A stretch of DNA of 64,000 nucleotides. Origin: a virus. Its lineage: Duplodnaviria > Caudoviricetes. Below, piece after piece: positions 37,601-47,332 of this stretch; the first letter of the stretch is position 1; each line of letters starts with the position of its first letter. Both the position numbers and the translations under genes were made by a program. The stretch spans positions 32,001-96,000 of the IMG/VR virus record IMGVR_UViG_3300021255_003284. One strand, given 5' to 3'. The notes under the pieces are model-generated. The model was not told where the DNA came from, ran no database searches, and saw only the letters and a program-made list of their open reading frames with translations.

Positions 37601-40600
37601 TTTCATCTTCTCCGGCCTGATCGAGCCCGCTGAGGAGTTCGGCGCGTCTCGCCTGAAGCTCCTCGATTCTGGCCTGCGTCTTCTCTATATCGCTCTGCAT
37701 CCCGCCTGTCGCGAACTCGGCCCAGGCTTCCGTATTGAGCTTGATGACGCCGTTCTCTTCGTACAGGTAGTTGATATAGTCGTCTGTCAGCTGCGCCATC
37801 TGCCTGATGGTCTCCATGCTGACGCCGCCCTCGGTGCGCATCTCACGCCGCGCCTGAAGCAGTATGTCGAGCCCGTCATTCAGGCCGCTGACCGCATCGG
37901 TCAGCCCAGTGATCGCCCCGGACGTTTGATCGGCATCACCCGTGATCAGATTGAGCATGTCGTCGAAGATGGCAAGCCGTTCATTATTTGCGGCAAGTTC
38001 CTGCTCGTATTCTGCAAGGTCTTGCGTTACGCGCGCATATGACTCTGTATCAATATTATTACCGCGCTCGAGTTGTTCCTTGGCGGCACGAGCGGCCTTG
38101 ATCACGCTTTCAAGCTCTCTGTTGCGCTCTGTCAACTGAGCATACTCATCGTTGTCCATCAGCGCTTCTTCGGCTCTCGCCCGGGCGTACTCCTCATACG
38201 CCTCGGTATTCAGCTTGAGCTGACCGTTCTCGCGGTACAAAAACTGTATGTAGTCGTCGGTCGCGTTCATCAACGCCTGCAGCGTATCGAACGATATGCC
38301 GCCGCCCTCCATCTCTTCGTTCGCGGTCTTGATCAGGCTCGTCGCCTGCTCATATTCCGACAGCGCGGTGGAGAGCTTTTTGACGGTCTTGGTCGCTTCG
38401 TCGCTGCCGTTGGCGATCGCTTCCATGACGGATTCGTACACAGCCTTCTCATTGTCGAGCCCTTCGATCGAGGCATCGACTTCTGCGATCGCCGCGGCGA
38501 GTTCTTCTGCACTCATCGTAGCCGGCGTGTCGCCGCTCAACTGTGACTGAAGTTCCTGACGCTGCGCCTCAAGCTCGGCTCTGCGCTGCTCGACACCTTC
38601 GAGATAAGCCTGCTGCCGCTCCTGCGCATATGCCTTCCACGCTTCCGTGTTCAGCGTGATGACGCCGTTCTCGACCTTCAGGAATCTGATGTACTCATCG
38701 GTAACGCCCGCGAGCGCTTTGATCGTGTTGAGGGAGAGCGACCCGCCGTTTTGCATTTCTTCTTCGGCGGTAGCAAGGATGTCGTACGCGTCGGACATGT
38801 CGCCCAGCGCGCCCGTCATCGTAGTGAGCTCGTCGGTCGTTTCCTTTGTATCGGCAGTCAAGCCATTCAGCGCGGCCTGATACAGTCCGATCGCGTCGGT
38901 CGTCTCCTGTATCTCTGCGTCGGTCTCTTCAAGCGACCAATCTGGGGACACCTGCATGCGATTATCTTCGGTAAGCTGAAGCATTGCGTCGCGCTCTGTC
39001 TTCAGCGCTTCGAGCTGTGCGTTCAGCATGTCGATCCGGCCCTGCAGTGCGGTGGCGGCGTATTCGCGCCACGCCTCGATGTTCAGCTTGATGACGCCGT
39101 TCTCTTCGTACAAGTAATCGGTGTAGTCGTCGGTGATGCCGGCGAGCGTCTTGATCGTCGAAGCGGTCAGACCGCCGCCGTCGGCCATATCCTTTTCGGC
39201 CGAAGCGAGCGCGTCCATGGCGCTTTTCGCCGTGCCGATGTTCGTCGCGAACTCGTCCATAGCCTGACCGGCCTGCGTCTGCGGCTCTTCGTTCAGCGCT
39301 ATCTGATAGATCTCCCGCATGCGCAGGAGTTCTTCTTCGCGCGCTGCGATCGCTTCCAGCGCTTCCTGGTCTGCTGCAATCTGGGATTCCAATTCGGCCC
39401 TGTGGGCTTCGGCAGCTTCGTCTTGAGCGTCATACGCTTCGGCGTTCGTGCCTCTTATAAGATCGAGTTCTTTTTCGATCTCCTCTCTACGCTCTGCAAG
39501 GGCCGTCATCTCTTTATCAAGTTCGTCAGGCGACGGCATGGTATTCAATTCGCGCTGGATAGCTTCTATGTTCGCTTGTATCCCATAGCGCTCTTCATAT
39601 GTACTCGCATTGTAGAGCTGCCCTCTGAGATTGTCTTGTTCGGCGATTAGTTGCTGCCTGTACCTAATGTAACCGGCATATTCCTGGGTAAAAGCCTGGA
39701 TGTCATATAGCTCGTTCTCAAGCTCCCTTGTGTTTACCTCTACCGCGGCCGGTTGACTTTCAAGTTGGCCATTTAGCTCTTCGATCTCGGCAAGGATTTC
39801 CGCCTTGCGCTCGGTGATATGCTGTTGCTCTTCGGCTATGGCGTCGAGATTCGATTGCATATCAACATGCGCCATCTGCTCCCACAGATCTACATTCAGC
39901 TTCAATACGCCGTTCTCGACGTACAGGTAGTCCATGTAGTCTTCGGTGATCCCAGCGAGTGCGGAGAGCGTCTCTGCGCTGATCCCGCCGCCGTCGGCCA
40001 TATCCGCCTTCGCGCTCTCGAGTGCCTTGTACGCGGCGGCCATGTTCTTGACCGATTCCGCGAGATCACCGACCGTCTGCGTCACATCGCCCACGCCGCC
40101 GGTTCCATCAGCGCCGGTAACGTCGCCGTAAAACTGCACGAATGCCGCGTCGGCGCGCAGAACTGAGTCGACGACGTCTTCAGCCGAACCGCCCAGCGCA
40201 TTAAACTGCGCGTCGGCTTCGACCATGCCGATGAGAGACTCGCGATACAGTTCGAACGACTTTTGATCAAGCGGCATACCCTGCTCGGCATTCGTCCGGT
40301 ATACATGCTCCATGACGACGGCTTCATTCAGCTCGTTGATCTGTTCGAGCATCGGGCCGATGATCGCTCCTGCCTTTGTATAAGTTTCGTTTAGAGCTCT
40401 CCATACGTCATTATCGACGCCAACTTTATCGGCAACGAAATCCATGACTTCGCCGAGCTTTCTGTATTGCTCAACCATGCCCTCAACATCGTCGGCGAAG
40501 CCAAAAGATACCCCGGCCGGACCGAAATACTGCCCGAACTCAGGATCGTTGACAAACTCCGAATAATTCTCTTTACCGGTGCGTGCATACGTGAGAAAAG

Positions 40601-43600
40601 TGAACAATCCCGACCCAAGTCCAGCCTCCCTGTCCTTGCCGATCTCCATGAGCTCTTCCGCGTACGTCTGCACGCCGCCCTGCAGTTCGCGCTGCCTTTC
40701 GTTCATCGCCTCTGCGGCGGCGATCTGCATGGCTGTCGTCAGGTTGCCGTACTGGTCTGTCAGTTCTTGAACACGACCTTTGGTAAGCCCCAGCGCGTCG
40801 ATCAGTTTGTCCTGAGCCTTCGCAAGCTCCTCCGTGGTCGCCGTGCCGTTTTCCTGAGCCTCGTTCATCTGCATGTACTCATTGTACAGCGAGTTGATCG
40901 TATCGACGCTCTGCGCGGCCTCGTCGGCTGCTTTATGCTGAGCCTGGCGCACCTCTTCGACATGGCGTTTGTAAGCCAAAATAGCGGCTGTCGCGACGGT
41001 AACAGTCGCCGCTACAGCAGCCCATGCCACATTCACCATGTGCACATTCGGGGCTATCGCGCCAACGGTGTTTCTGAACCCTGCGCTTGTTGCTCTGGCC
41101 TCCCTGATAATGTCTACTGTGGCCTTGAAATTGTCAACAAGCTTATGATAGGCTGTTGCAATGACATTGGCCTTAATGGCCACGACAGAACCCAATATGG
41201 CGACGATCACAGTCCTCAGCCCACCGACCTTGTCCACAATCTGATCGATCGCGTTCAGCATTTCGATAAGCCCCGTGCCGATATCGACCACGTCGCGCAG
41301 CACGCCGCTCTCCATGAGGTTTGTGCTCAGCTGCTGCCGCGCCGCGTTGAATTGATTGATGTGCGCCTGCACGCTATCCATGTAAGTGCTGTACGACTCG
41401 GTCAGAGCGCCCGCGCTGTCTTTCATGGCGTCCATTGCGCCGCGCGCTTCCTGGAACTGGTTGATCAGGCTGTAGAACACGTCCTGCTGGCGCGTGCCCG
41501 CGAGGGTCGTCGCCAGGGCGGCCTGCTCCATGCTCGTCATCCGGCCCCATTGCGTCGCGATGTCCGACATGATGTCGTAGGTGCTTCTGTACTCGCCGTT
41601 TATGTCGGTCAGGCGCACCTGATAGCTCGTCAGGATGTTGACAGCCTGCTCGTACTTGGCCGTCGTCATCGTTTCGCCGAGCTCGTCAAGCTCGACCTTT
41701 GTATTTCTGATCCTCGCCGCGATCGTCCTCAGGCCGGTCGAAGCCTTCGCCGCGTTCTGCAGCGTGACGTTTGCCGCCGTCAGCAGCGCGACCGACTGTT
41801 CGAATGTATTGCCCGCCGCGTTCAGCGTCGACGACGCGTTCGTCATGCCTTCGGCGATCTGCGAGACCGAAATGGGGAAGTTGTTGCCGACGACGATCAG
41901 CTTGTCCATGACGCCCTCGATGTCGCCCGCGCCGAAATCAAACGCTTTGACGATCGAGGTGATCGCGTCCTGTGCATCCGCGACGTCGATGTCGCCGACG
42001 TTCTGAAGCATCGTCGTGAATTCTGCCAGCTTCTGTGAATCCGGCAATGTGAAGCCGATTCGCGCGAACACCGTGGCCGAGTCGATCATGTCGGTGATCG
42101 AAGCGCCGACGCGCTTCGCCGCGTCGGCCACGTCGTCGCCGAACTGACGCATCGCCGTCGAACTCGCGTGCGTGACGATCTCGAGCTGCCTCATGGACGC
42201 GTCGATTTCGATCGACGAGGAGACCATCTCGCGCAGCTCGCGGAACACCATCATGCCGATACGAGCCGCGCTGAACATCATCGTGAACGACCGCATGAAC
42301 TGCGCGAACTTCGTTCTCAGTACGCCGACGGACGCGCCGGTCGTTTCGATCTGCCCCCTGACCTCCGTAAATCCGTTCTTTATATTCGAAAGACCGACCC
42401 GGAATTCGTCAAGCGTTATCTTGCCCTGATCGAACTGCGTTTTCAAATCTGTCAGAGAAGTGATATAACCCTGCAGATTGCCGTACTCCTTAGAACCATA
42501 GCTGGTTTTCAGCAGAGTCCTCTGCATTGCGTTGAGCGTCGACTGGGCGTCACGCAGCGCGTTCGTTCGCTTAATAGTTTCGTTCGTGCTGTTTGCCTCG
42601 GCGTTCGCCGCGGCGTTCTCGGCGCTCGCCTTCTCTTCGACGCCCCGCAGATACTCCTGATTCGTGCTGATCAGGCGCTGTATTTCGGCCTGAAGCGCTC
42701 TGATCCGCTCCGCCTCGTCCGGCGTGGCCGTCGCGCCGTTGCGCTTATATGCTTCGACAGCCTCACCCAGCTCGAGGTATTTATTGCGAAGCTCTTCTAT
42801 CCTGCGCTGCTTCTCGAGGGTCTCCGGACCGCTGTCTCCGAGTATGTCCAAGTTCTTGACCAGACCGCTTTGAGTCTTACCGTACAGCACACTGATCGAG
42901 CGATTGATCTGCTCGATCTCCTTAAGGGAGGCCTTCTGCCTGTCGAGCGCCTGGGCCTCTTCCTCAGTCATACTCTTGTTGTTTTTCTGAGCGTTCGCGG
43001 CACCCTCAGAGCTCTGCTGAAGTTGTTTGAAATTCTGTGCTACGGTGACGATCGTGTCGTTGATCTCGCCTGTTTCCCTGTCGAACTTGATCAGATACTC
43101 AAGACTTGTACCGAGCGCGTCCTTACCGCTGACGAGGACGGAGGCCATTTGCTGTGCGCCACCGCCGACTTCGTGCATCTTCGCGACCATTCGATCGACG
43201 TCTACGTTGATTTCTCTGAGCCTTCCTACAAGGTTATCTGCCGCTGTGCTTGATATGCCGGCGTTTTGCAGCGTGTCGCCTATTTTACCAACGGTGCTCT
43301 CGTCGAGAGATCCGTTCATTCTCACGACTTCATTTGCAACTTTGCCAGCTGCGTCGGCGGCTGTGTTAAGATCTCGCCCGAGCGCTTGCGCTGCGGCCGT
43401 ATTGATTTGATCCAACTTCGGCGATATATTGTCAAGCGCCTCGCCAAGCTCTCGCACGGAGTTGACGGCGTCCGTAAATTCCTTTATTGTTTCGACCGAC
43501 GACTTACTTACCTTTAGGTTACTCAGGTTCGTAAAGTCAAGCTCCGACAGCGCCTTGATCCGCTCGATATTGGCCTGCCCGATTTTCGGAAGAAACTCGG

Positions 43601-44900
43601 CAAGGTTGCTGAGGGCGGCTTTGCTGACCTTAAGATCTTTAAGCCCGTCAAATCTCAGACCACTCAGCGCCAGAATATTTGACGGATTCGATATCTTACC
43701 AAACGCGCTTAAGGCTTCGGCGAGGTTCTTAATTGGAGTCGCGCTGACCTTCTCGCTTCCGATCCTAAGGGCATTTTGAAGCGCGATAGAGAACGACCGC
43801 ATCGTGTCTCCACCAACGTTCCCGACCTCTTTGATGATGTCGCTCAGCGCCGAATACGACTTGCCGGCACCGCCGGCCGATTCGCCGAGGTTGCGAGTCG
43901 CCTCTGCCAACCCTTCTATAGCAACCTTTTCTTCTCCGCTGAGCTTTGCCCCCTGAGATATATCATCGTTCATTCCCTTTAGGCCGGTAAAGTTGCCTGA
44001 TGCAAGGGCGTCCTTAATTTCATTGACGCGCGTGATTATGTCGTCAAGCTTGGCAGAAAATGTTTGAACCTGTGTAGAGTCAAATCCGCCGTTCTTTGTG
44101 GCGTCAAACAGTTCGCTGAACTCGGTTCTGACCTGAGCTATAGCTTCTCGCGCGGTGATGTAACCGTCGCTGACATCAGAAATCACGCTCTGAAAACGGG
44201 CGTCATACTCACTTAGTTCGTTTGCGTTTAGGAAACCAACAAACTCTCTCGCTGCCTTATGATTCATTTCATCAATAGAGTTTGTCAGCTGGTTTACCTG
44301 CGCCTCTAATTCTGCTATTTTTGACTCGTCGCCAAGTCTCTTTATTGTTTCATTGGCTTCGGCAAGTAGGTTCTTTAGCCAGGTGACCTCAGCGTTCAGC
44401 TTGGTGATTTGCTCGGACATGCCGATATTTTTGAAGGCGTTTTGTATGTTATCGCAAGTGGCGACAACATCTCGCCCGCCTTCGTCCCATACTCTGAATA
44501 CCTCAAATACGTCTCTGAAGTTTGCGACAGAAAACGCGTCCGCGGTAGCGCCAATAGCGGCGGACGCCTGACCGAATGCGGACCGGACCTGTTCTGCATT
44601 ATCTACCAAACCAGACAGATCACTGCTTCCTGATATAGCCTTTAGCGCGTTGACGCTTTTTACAAGCTCCTCTGCGTACGGCTGTGAGCTTGTGCTCCCC
44701 TCAAACTTCCTATACGCCTCGGCAACCTGCTCGATAAGCGCCTCTTGTGTCTTCCAATAATCCTGAAATCGTCTGTCACTTACGATTTTGTTTATACCGC
44801 TCTCCAGGGACTCTATCTTTTCTTTACCGGATACACTAACATTCAGGGTAAAATCAGCAGAGTATCCGCCTACTGACATGCCAGACGCTGTTTTGGCCAT
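34668..44900 (-). CDS. tape measure protein (3410 aa) with TP901-type core and C-terminal PG-binding domain
   Basis: DKL..VGNNF.IS...G..LRTI.ARI core; helical, Ala/Glu-rich; VKALQYALN...DG.FG..T..AVKAFQ; GYASGT. Confidence 0.9.
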   Translation of the reverse strand: MAKTASGMSVGGYSADFTLNVSVSGKEKIESLESGINKIVSDRRFQDYWKTQEALIEQVAEAYRKFEGSTSSQPYAEELVKSVNALKAISGSSDLSGLVDNAEQVRSAFGQASAAIGATADAFSVANFRDVFEVFRVWDEGGRDVVATCDNIQNAFKNIGMSEQITKLNAEVTWLKNLLAEANETIKRLGDESKIAELEAQVNQLTNSIDEMNHKAAREFVGFLNANELSEYDARFQSVISDVSDGYITAREAIAQVRTEFSELFDATKNGGFDSTQVQTFSAKLDDIITRVNEIKDALASGNFTGLKGMNDDISQGAKLSGEEKVAIEGLAEATRNLGESAGGAGKSYSALSDIIKEVGNVGGDTMRSFSIALQNALRIGSEKVSATPIKNLAEALSAFGKISNPSNILALSGLRFDGLKDLKVSKAALSNLAEFLPKIGQANIERIKALSELDFTNLSNLKVSKSSVETIKEFTDAVNSVRELGEALDNISPKLDQINTAAAQALGRDLNTAADAAGKVANEVVRMNGSLDESTVGKIGDTLQNAGISSTAADNLVGRLREINVDVDRMVAKMHEVGGGAQQMASVLVSGKDALGTSLEYLIKFDRETGEINDTIVTVAQNFKQLQQSSEGAANAQKNNKSMTEEEAQALDRQKASLKEIEQINRSISVLYGKTQSGLVKNLDILGDSGPETLEKQRRIEELRNKYLELGEAVEAYKRNGATATPDEAERIRALQAEIQRLISTNQEYLRGVEEKASAENAAANAEANSTNETIKRTNALRDAQSTLNAMQRTLLKTSYGSKEYGNLQGYITSLTDLKTQFDQGKITLDEFRVGLSNIKNGFTEVRGQIETTGASVGVLRTKFAQFMRSFTMMFSAARIGMMVFRELREMVSSSIEIDASMRQLEIVTHASSTAMRQFGDDVADAAKRVGASITDMIDSATVFARIGFTLPDSQKLAEFTTMLQNVGDIDVADAQDAITSIVKAFDFGAGDIEGVMDKLIVVGNNFPISVSQIAEGMTNASSTLNAAGNTFEQSVALLTAANVTLQNAAKASTGLRTIAARIRNTKVELDELGETMTTAKYEQAVNILTSYQVRLTDINGEYRSTYDIMSDIATQWGRMTSMEQAALATTLAGTRQQDVFYSLINQFQEARGAMDAMKDSAGALTESYSTYMDSVQAHINQFNAARQQLSTNLMESGVLRDVVDIGTGLIEMLNAIDQIVDKVGGLRTVIVAILGSVVAIKANVIATAYHKLVDNFKATVDIIREARATSAGFRNTVGAIAPNVHMVNVAWAAVAATVTVATAAILAYKRHVEEVRQAQHKAADEAAQSVDTINSLYNEYMQMNEAQENGTATTEELAKAQDKLIDALGLTKGRVQELTDQYGNLTTAMQIAAAEAMNERQRELQGGVQTYAEELMEIGKDREAGLGSGLFTFLTYARTGKENYSEFVNDPEFGQYFGPAGVSFGFADDVEGMVEQYRKLGEVMDFVADKVGVDNDVWRALNETYTKAGAIIGPMLEQINELNEAVVMEHVYRTNAEQGMPLDQKSFELYRESLIGMVEADAQFNALGGSAEDVVDSVLRADAAFVQFYGDVTGADGTGGVGDVTQTVGDLAESVKNMAAAYKALESAKADMADGGGISAETLSALAGITEDYMDYLYVENGVLKLNVDLWEQMAHVDMQSNLDAIAEEQQHITERKAEILAEIEELNGQLESQPAAVEVNTRELENELYDIQAFTQEYAGYIRYRQQLIAEQDNLRGQLYNASTYEERYGIQANIEAIQRELNTMPSPDELDKEMTALAERREEIEKELDLIRGTNAEAYDAQDEAAEAHRAELESQIAADQEALEAIAAREEELLRMREIYQIALNEEPQTQAGQAMDEFATNIGTAKSAMDALASAEKDMADGGGLTASTIKTLAGITDDYTDYLYEENGVIKLNIEAWREYAATALQGRIDMLNAQLEALKTERDAMLQLTEDNRMQVSPDWSLEETDAEIQETTDAIGLYQAALNGLTADTKETTDELTTMTGALGDMSDAYDILATAEEEMQNGGSLSLNTIKALAGVTDEYIRFLKVENGVITLNTEAWKAYAQERQQAYLEGVEQRRAELEAQRQELQSQLSGDTPATMSAEELAAAIAEVDASIEGLDNEKAVYESVMEAIANGSDEATKTVKKLSTALSEYEQATSLIKTANEEMEGGGISFDTLQALMNATDDYIQFLYRENGQLKLNTEAYEEYARARAEEALMDNDEYAQLTERNRELESVIKAARAAKEQLERGNNIDTESYARVTQDLAEYEQELAANNERLAIFDDMLNLITGDADQTSGAITGLTDAVSGLNDGLDILLQARREMRTEGGVSMETIRQMAQLTDDYINYLYEENGVIKLNTEAWAEFATGGMQSDIEKTQARIEELQARRAELLSGLDQAGEDETFEGMAEDAGALRDELAEVDAEIESETNKLAIYSTLYMDTVNSAIDAMDPYQEVLDGFSSVADTINSVTDAMQTLSDIQDAVADGFIMSLDEALKFAEVYPEILNSATVAADGQIALDEGVVNAFIANKQAELQAQIDADIAELESQKAVVQAKLQLAQAELQIAQSAANGTAVDQQIAMARIEMMNNEVDAVVQAGQNEADAYAAAAEAMSGNLDQVNTIAADTATEIDTNLSTAISNAATNMYSNAANIVEAINGIILGAHEAGKAINAMSQGKVEGSTVSARGSGGTGSAKTYTANTGKFSKAEYTYSANPIEFKDVITDLQGQIESYENTINQLDGQISALQALRGQVLGGGGSKSSGRGGGGGGKGGGGGGGGKDDASNWFEEQYKLHQHLLAMDAEEVEDYLEWLNDAYKRAYEEGIIDLDSFYKYEEEVYKGLHDLFKDYLNDVEHEIEMRGNYNENGKMISLYRELIAAVEKEISAAREQGLDDMDDYIQELQDKWWSYTDAIKKIEDDLNNQAKSATDKLVDYRLKMLKQEISDEKDAIKERLNNLKAFYDEQKRLLKDARDEEKYLEEQAEKRKAVADIEAQLAQLSYDNSAWAQKKRLELEEELSNARKELDDFERDHAIEVAEEELDKLYELQKKELDSQTDLLDAQQKDAKALYEQALEDIRNGSVELYEEMIDWNNLYGDGIEDTIKTAWEEAYKALEDYKNLYGELWDDFNLANATGYSPEGGGWDSSVISGTNPANIPVRTTPPTEVVQDTTSAKTYPYGKVSSTSGNLSNGSRGEGVKALQYALNELGFGNSGTQSLDGVFGAGTANAVKAFQKAMGISADGIVGPITKKKFAEQGYASGTRYATSGLHLIDELGSETIFESADGKRYKLFTGGEKVLNARASEFLYDFAMNGGEILTKIVDMALEGARPGFEPNVIHNEITMGDIIINGRADQSTVSELRRAQREAVDTMLKEFSRLGR

Positions 44901-44906
44901 TGCTTA

Positions 44907-45479
44907 TCACCTCACAGTCGCGACCAAGCCTTGTTTGGCTAATTCCTCAGAAACAATTTCTCGCCACCTGGCGGGTCCTTCTGTTGTATCGTATATATGT
45001 GCGCTTTCCTCAAACTCGTCTTGTGGCGGTGTATCAGCCACTTCTGCACGATGCCCCCACATAGTCCAAACGTCAAGTGGCTCGCGCCAGTACGGAACGC
45101 CTGGATTTGGATGGCCTTTGCCGCTTCCGGCACCGCCATGCCAGCCTTCCATAAACGCTTGTCCGATCAATCCGATGCCGCCGTCTCTGAACGGCATGGC
45201 CTCTGGGTCATATCCGATCATCATTTGTTCGTTTGGCTTAGCGCCTTCTTCGATCAACAGTGCATGGTACATAGAATGACGTCTGGAATAAAAGAGCGGC
45301 TGATAGTCGCCGTAATAATTATCGACGGCCTTCTTGAATAACGCCTCGATATTTTGGCGCAGTTCTGCATCCATCCGTACGCGCGCCAAATCAACGGCAG
45401 TATTAGCCCTCCGAAGGACATCTTGCCTGGCTTCTTCGATTTTCTTATCGGACCACGATACCAACTTTACGCCACTCAT
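44907..45479 (-). CDS. hypothetical tail-region protein
   Basis: ORF packed upstream of the TMP. Confidence 0.55.
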   Translation of the reverse strand: MSGVKLVSWSDKKIEEARQDVLRRANTAVDLARVRMDAELRQNIEALFKKAVDNYYGDYQPLFYSRRHSMYHALLIEEGAKPNEQMMIGYDPEAMPFRDGGIGLIGQAFMEGWHGGAGSGKGHPNPGVPYWREPLDVWTMWGHRAEVADTPPQDEFEESAHIYDTTEGPARWREIVSEELAKQGLVATVR

Positions 45480-45499
45480 TTATCGCAAATCACATCCTA

Positions 45500-45892
45500 T
45501 CATTCAAAATATTTTTTGGCGGCCTCTCGGACGGACTCCAACTGTTCTTCATTGATTGCTCCGCACACCGCCTTATACAGGCTGCTGCCTATGGTGAGCG
45601 CGTATTGCTTTTCGATGTCATCCGGAAGCTTAACGTTTGCATACCACGTAAGGACGCACGCGCGAAAAGCGGCTTCAAACAATTCCGGTTTCGGAACTGC
45701 GCCTTGCTGCGGGCTGCAAACCTCAACGATGCAGTTGACAAGATCGATCACTTCCGCAAAACCGATCATATGTCGCACCGTCATCCTGATCCCGTGCCAT
45801 GTGACGTAAGTCAGTGTGTCGGTCGGTATGTATTGTTCGAAACACTCCGGCCCTACAGATTCCATCTTATCGGGAACTCGGCTGTCTTTCAC
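45500..45892 (-). CDS. hypothetical protein, paralog of 45889-46470
   Basis: Shared PE..........VLT.Y....LPDD....Y pattern. Confidence 0.55.
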   Translation of the reverse strand: MKDSRVPDKMESVGPECFEQYIPTDTLTYVTWHGIRMTVRHMIGFAEVIDLVNCIVEVCSPQQGAVPKPELFEAAFRACVLTWYANVKLPDDIEKQYALTIGSSLYKAVCGAINEEQLESVREAAKKYFE

Positions 45893-46470
45893 TTTTCCTT
45901 CGCCTCGACATACGCCTTCATCAGCTTCTCTTCGTCTATGCCGTTCTCACCGATCGCGTTGATCGCAGCCTTCATATCTTCGCCCGTCAGCCCGCCGAAC
46001 AGATCGTCCATCTTTGTGACGATGCCGTCGAACGCCTCGCTGATCTCGTCAAGCTTCTTCATCGTCTCGGCGGCCCTGCTCTGGTTAATCTGATCGATCC
46101 GCTCATCCACAGCCTGCACAAGCGACGCGTACTGCTTCGGGTTGATGTGCTCGGTGATCTCGTCTACAATCCAGCCGGCGCGCGTGACCATATCGTAAGC
46201 TGCGCTCATATCGTCCGGCAGCGTGAAACCGCCATACAGCGTCAGGACGGCGCAGTCCGTCGCGAAATCGAGCATTTCAGGCATGTACGATCCATCCTGT
46301 CCATAACATGCGCTTACGACGAATTCCACAAATCCGAGCGCCTGGGCGAGCGTCAGCCGTGTCTTGATCTCTATGTTCGCACCGCCGATCTTCAGCGTCT
46401 TTGTGTCGGGCGTGTAGCTGCGCGCAATGGCCTCGTTGAGGATCGCTTCGTGTGTTTTATTCTCTGCCAT
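45889..46470 (-). CDS. hypothetical protein, possible tail assembly chaperone
   Basis: Between the major tail and TMP genes; acidic and helical. Confidence 0.55.
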   Translation of the reverse strand: MAENKTHEAILNEAIARSYTPDTKTLKIGGANIEIKTRLTLAQALGFVEFVVSACYGQDGSYMPEMLDFATDCAVLTLYGGFTLPDDMSAAYDMVTRAGWIVDEITEHINPKQYASLVQAVDERIDQINQSRAAETMKKLDEISEAFDGIVTKMDDLFGGLTGEDMKAAINAIGENGIDEEKLMKAYVEAKEK

Positions 46471-46957
46471 ATATATTATCCTCCTTGCCGCCGGTCTCGC
46501 CGGCGTCGATCATATGTATCATGATTTCAGTTCTTGGATGTTCGCTGTCGTTCAGACATCGCATTTCAAGCCGCGTGATATGCTTACTGTCGTCGTCTTC
46601 AATCATGCCGCTTTCGACCAGCCCGTCCAATATAAACTTTGGCACGCTGTTGTCGATGTCGTGCCGCCTGTTGGTCGGGAAGTAGATGGTCTGACTTATC
46701 TCGCATCGTTTGATGCGCAGGTTAGCATAACCTTGGTACTCTACGAACCACTTAATAAAGTCCTTCCATCTCTGCTTCAGCCCGTTCATGGCCGGGCGCT
46801 TCATGATCATCCATGTGTTGATGCTTTCGTGATAAGGCTGTTTGATCGGCCTTTTCTTTGCTTTTGGGTGCAGTCCGAAATAGTATGCGCTGTATCGGTC
46901 CACAACGTCTTTATCGATCACGAGTTGTATATCTTTTGAGTCGTCCGTGTCTCTCAC
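46457..46957 (-). CDS. rusA: RusA-like Holliday junction resolvase
   Basis: RRHDIDN..PKFILDGL...G.IEDDD. Confidence 0.8.
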   Translation of the reverse strand: MRDTDDSKDIQLVIDKDVVDRYSAYYFGLHPKAKKRPIKQPYHESINTWMIMKRPAMNGLKQRWKDFIKWFVEYQGYANLRIKRCEISQTIYFPTNRRHDIDNSVPKFILDGLVESGMIEDDDSKHITRLEMRCLNDSEHPRTEIMIHMIDAGETGGKEDNIYGRE

Positions 46958-46973
46958 CTCATCGCAGTAAAAT

Positions 46974-47000
46974 TGGCTGTGCCTTATTCAGGCACAGCCA
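46974..47000 (-). terminator. intrinsic terminator
   Basis: Perfect 11-bp stem TGGCTGTGCCT/AGGCACAGCCA followed by ATTTT on the minus strand. Confidence 0.65.
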
Positions 47001-47006
47001 GTGGTG

Positions 47007-47318
47007 TTATTCTTCGTCGGTATCGTAGTCCGGGTCATCCGGCCAGATCATGTCGCCGTCCTCGGTAGGCGGGGCAGGGGAGATCTCATTGCCCTTGGAC
47101 TTGAAGACGTTGGGCTTGGTCTCGGCGCGCGGCGCTTTCTTCTTGACAGGGGTCTTGACCCCCGCGCCGCGTGACTCGGCGACCATCCTGAAGTATTCCG
47201 CGCCGTGCTCCGGGCAACAGGCGACGTCCTGCCACCTGAACACATCCGACGAACGCTCGGTGCGGCAGGCTTCATAGTCCACGCCGCACACCTTGCATTG
47301 CTTGATGACCTTAGGCAT
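47007..47318 (-). CDS. small Cys/His (Zn-binding-like) protein
   Basis: CKVC...C...CCPEH; basic then acidic tail. Confidence 0.6.
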   Translation of the reverse strand: MPKVIKQCKVCGVDYEACRTERSSDVFRWQDVACCPEHGAEYFRMVAESRGAGVKTPVKKKAPRAETKPNVFKSKGNEISPAPPTEDGDMIWPDDPDYDTDEE

Positions 47319-47332
47319 CAGTCTTTACCTGA

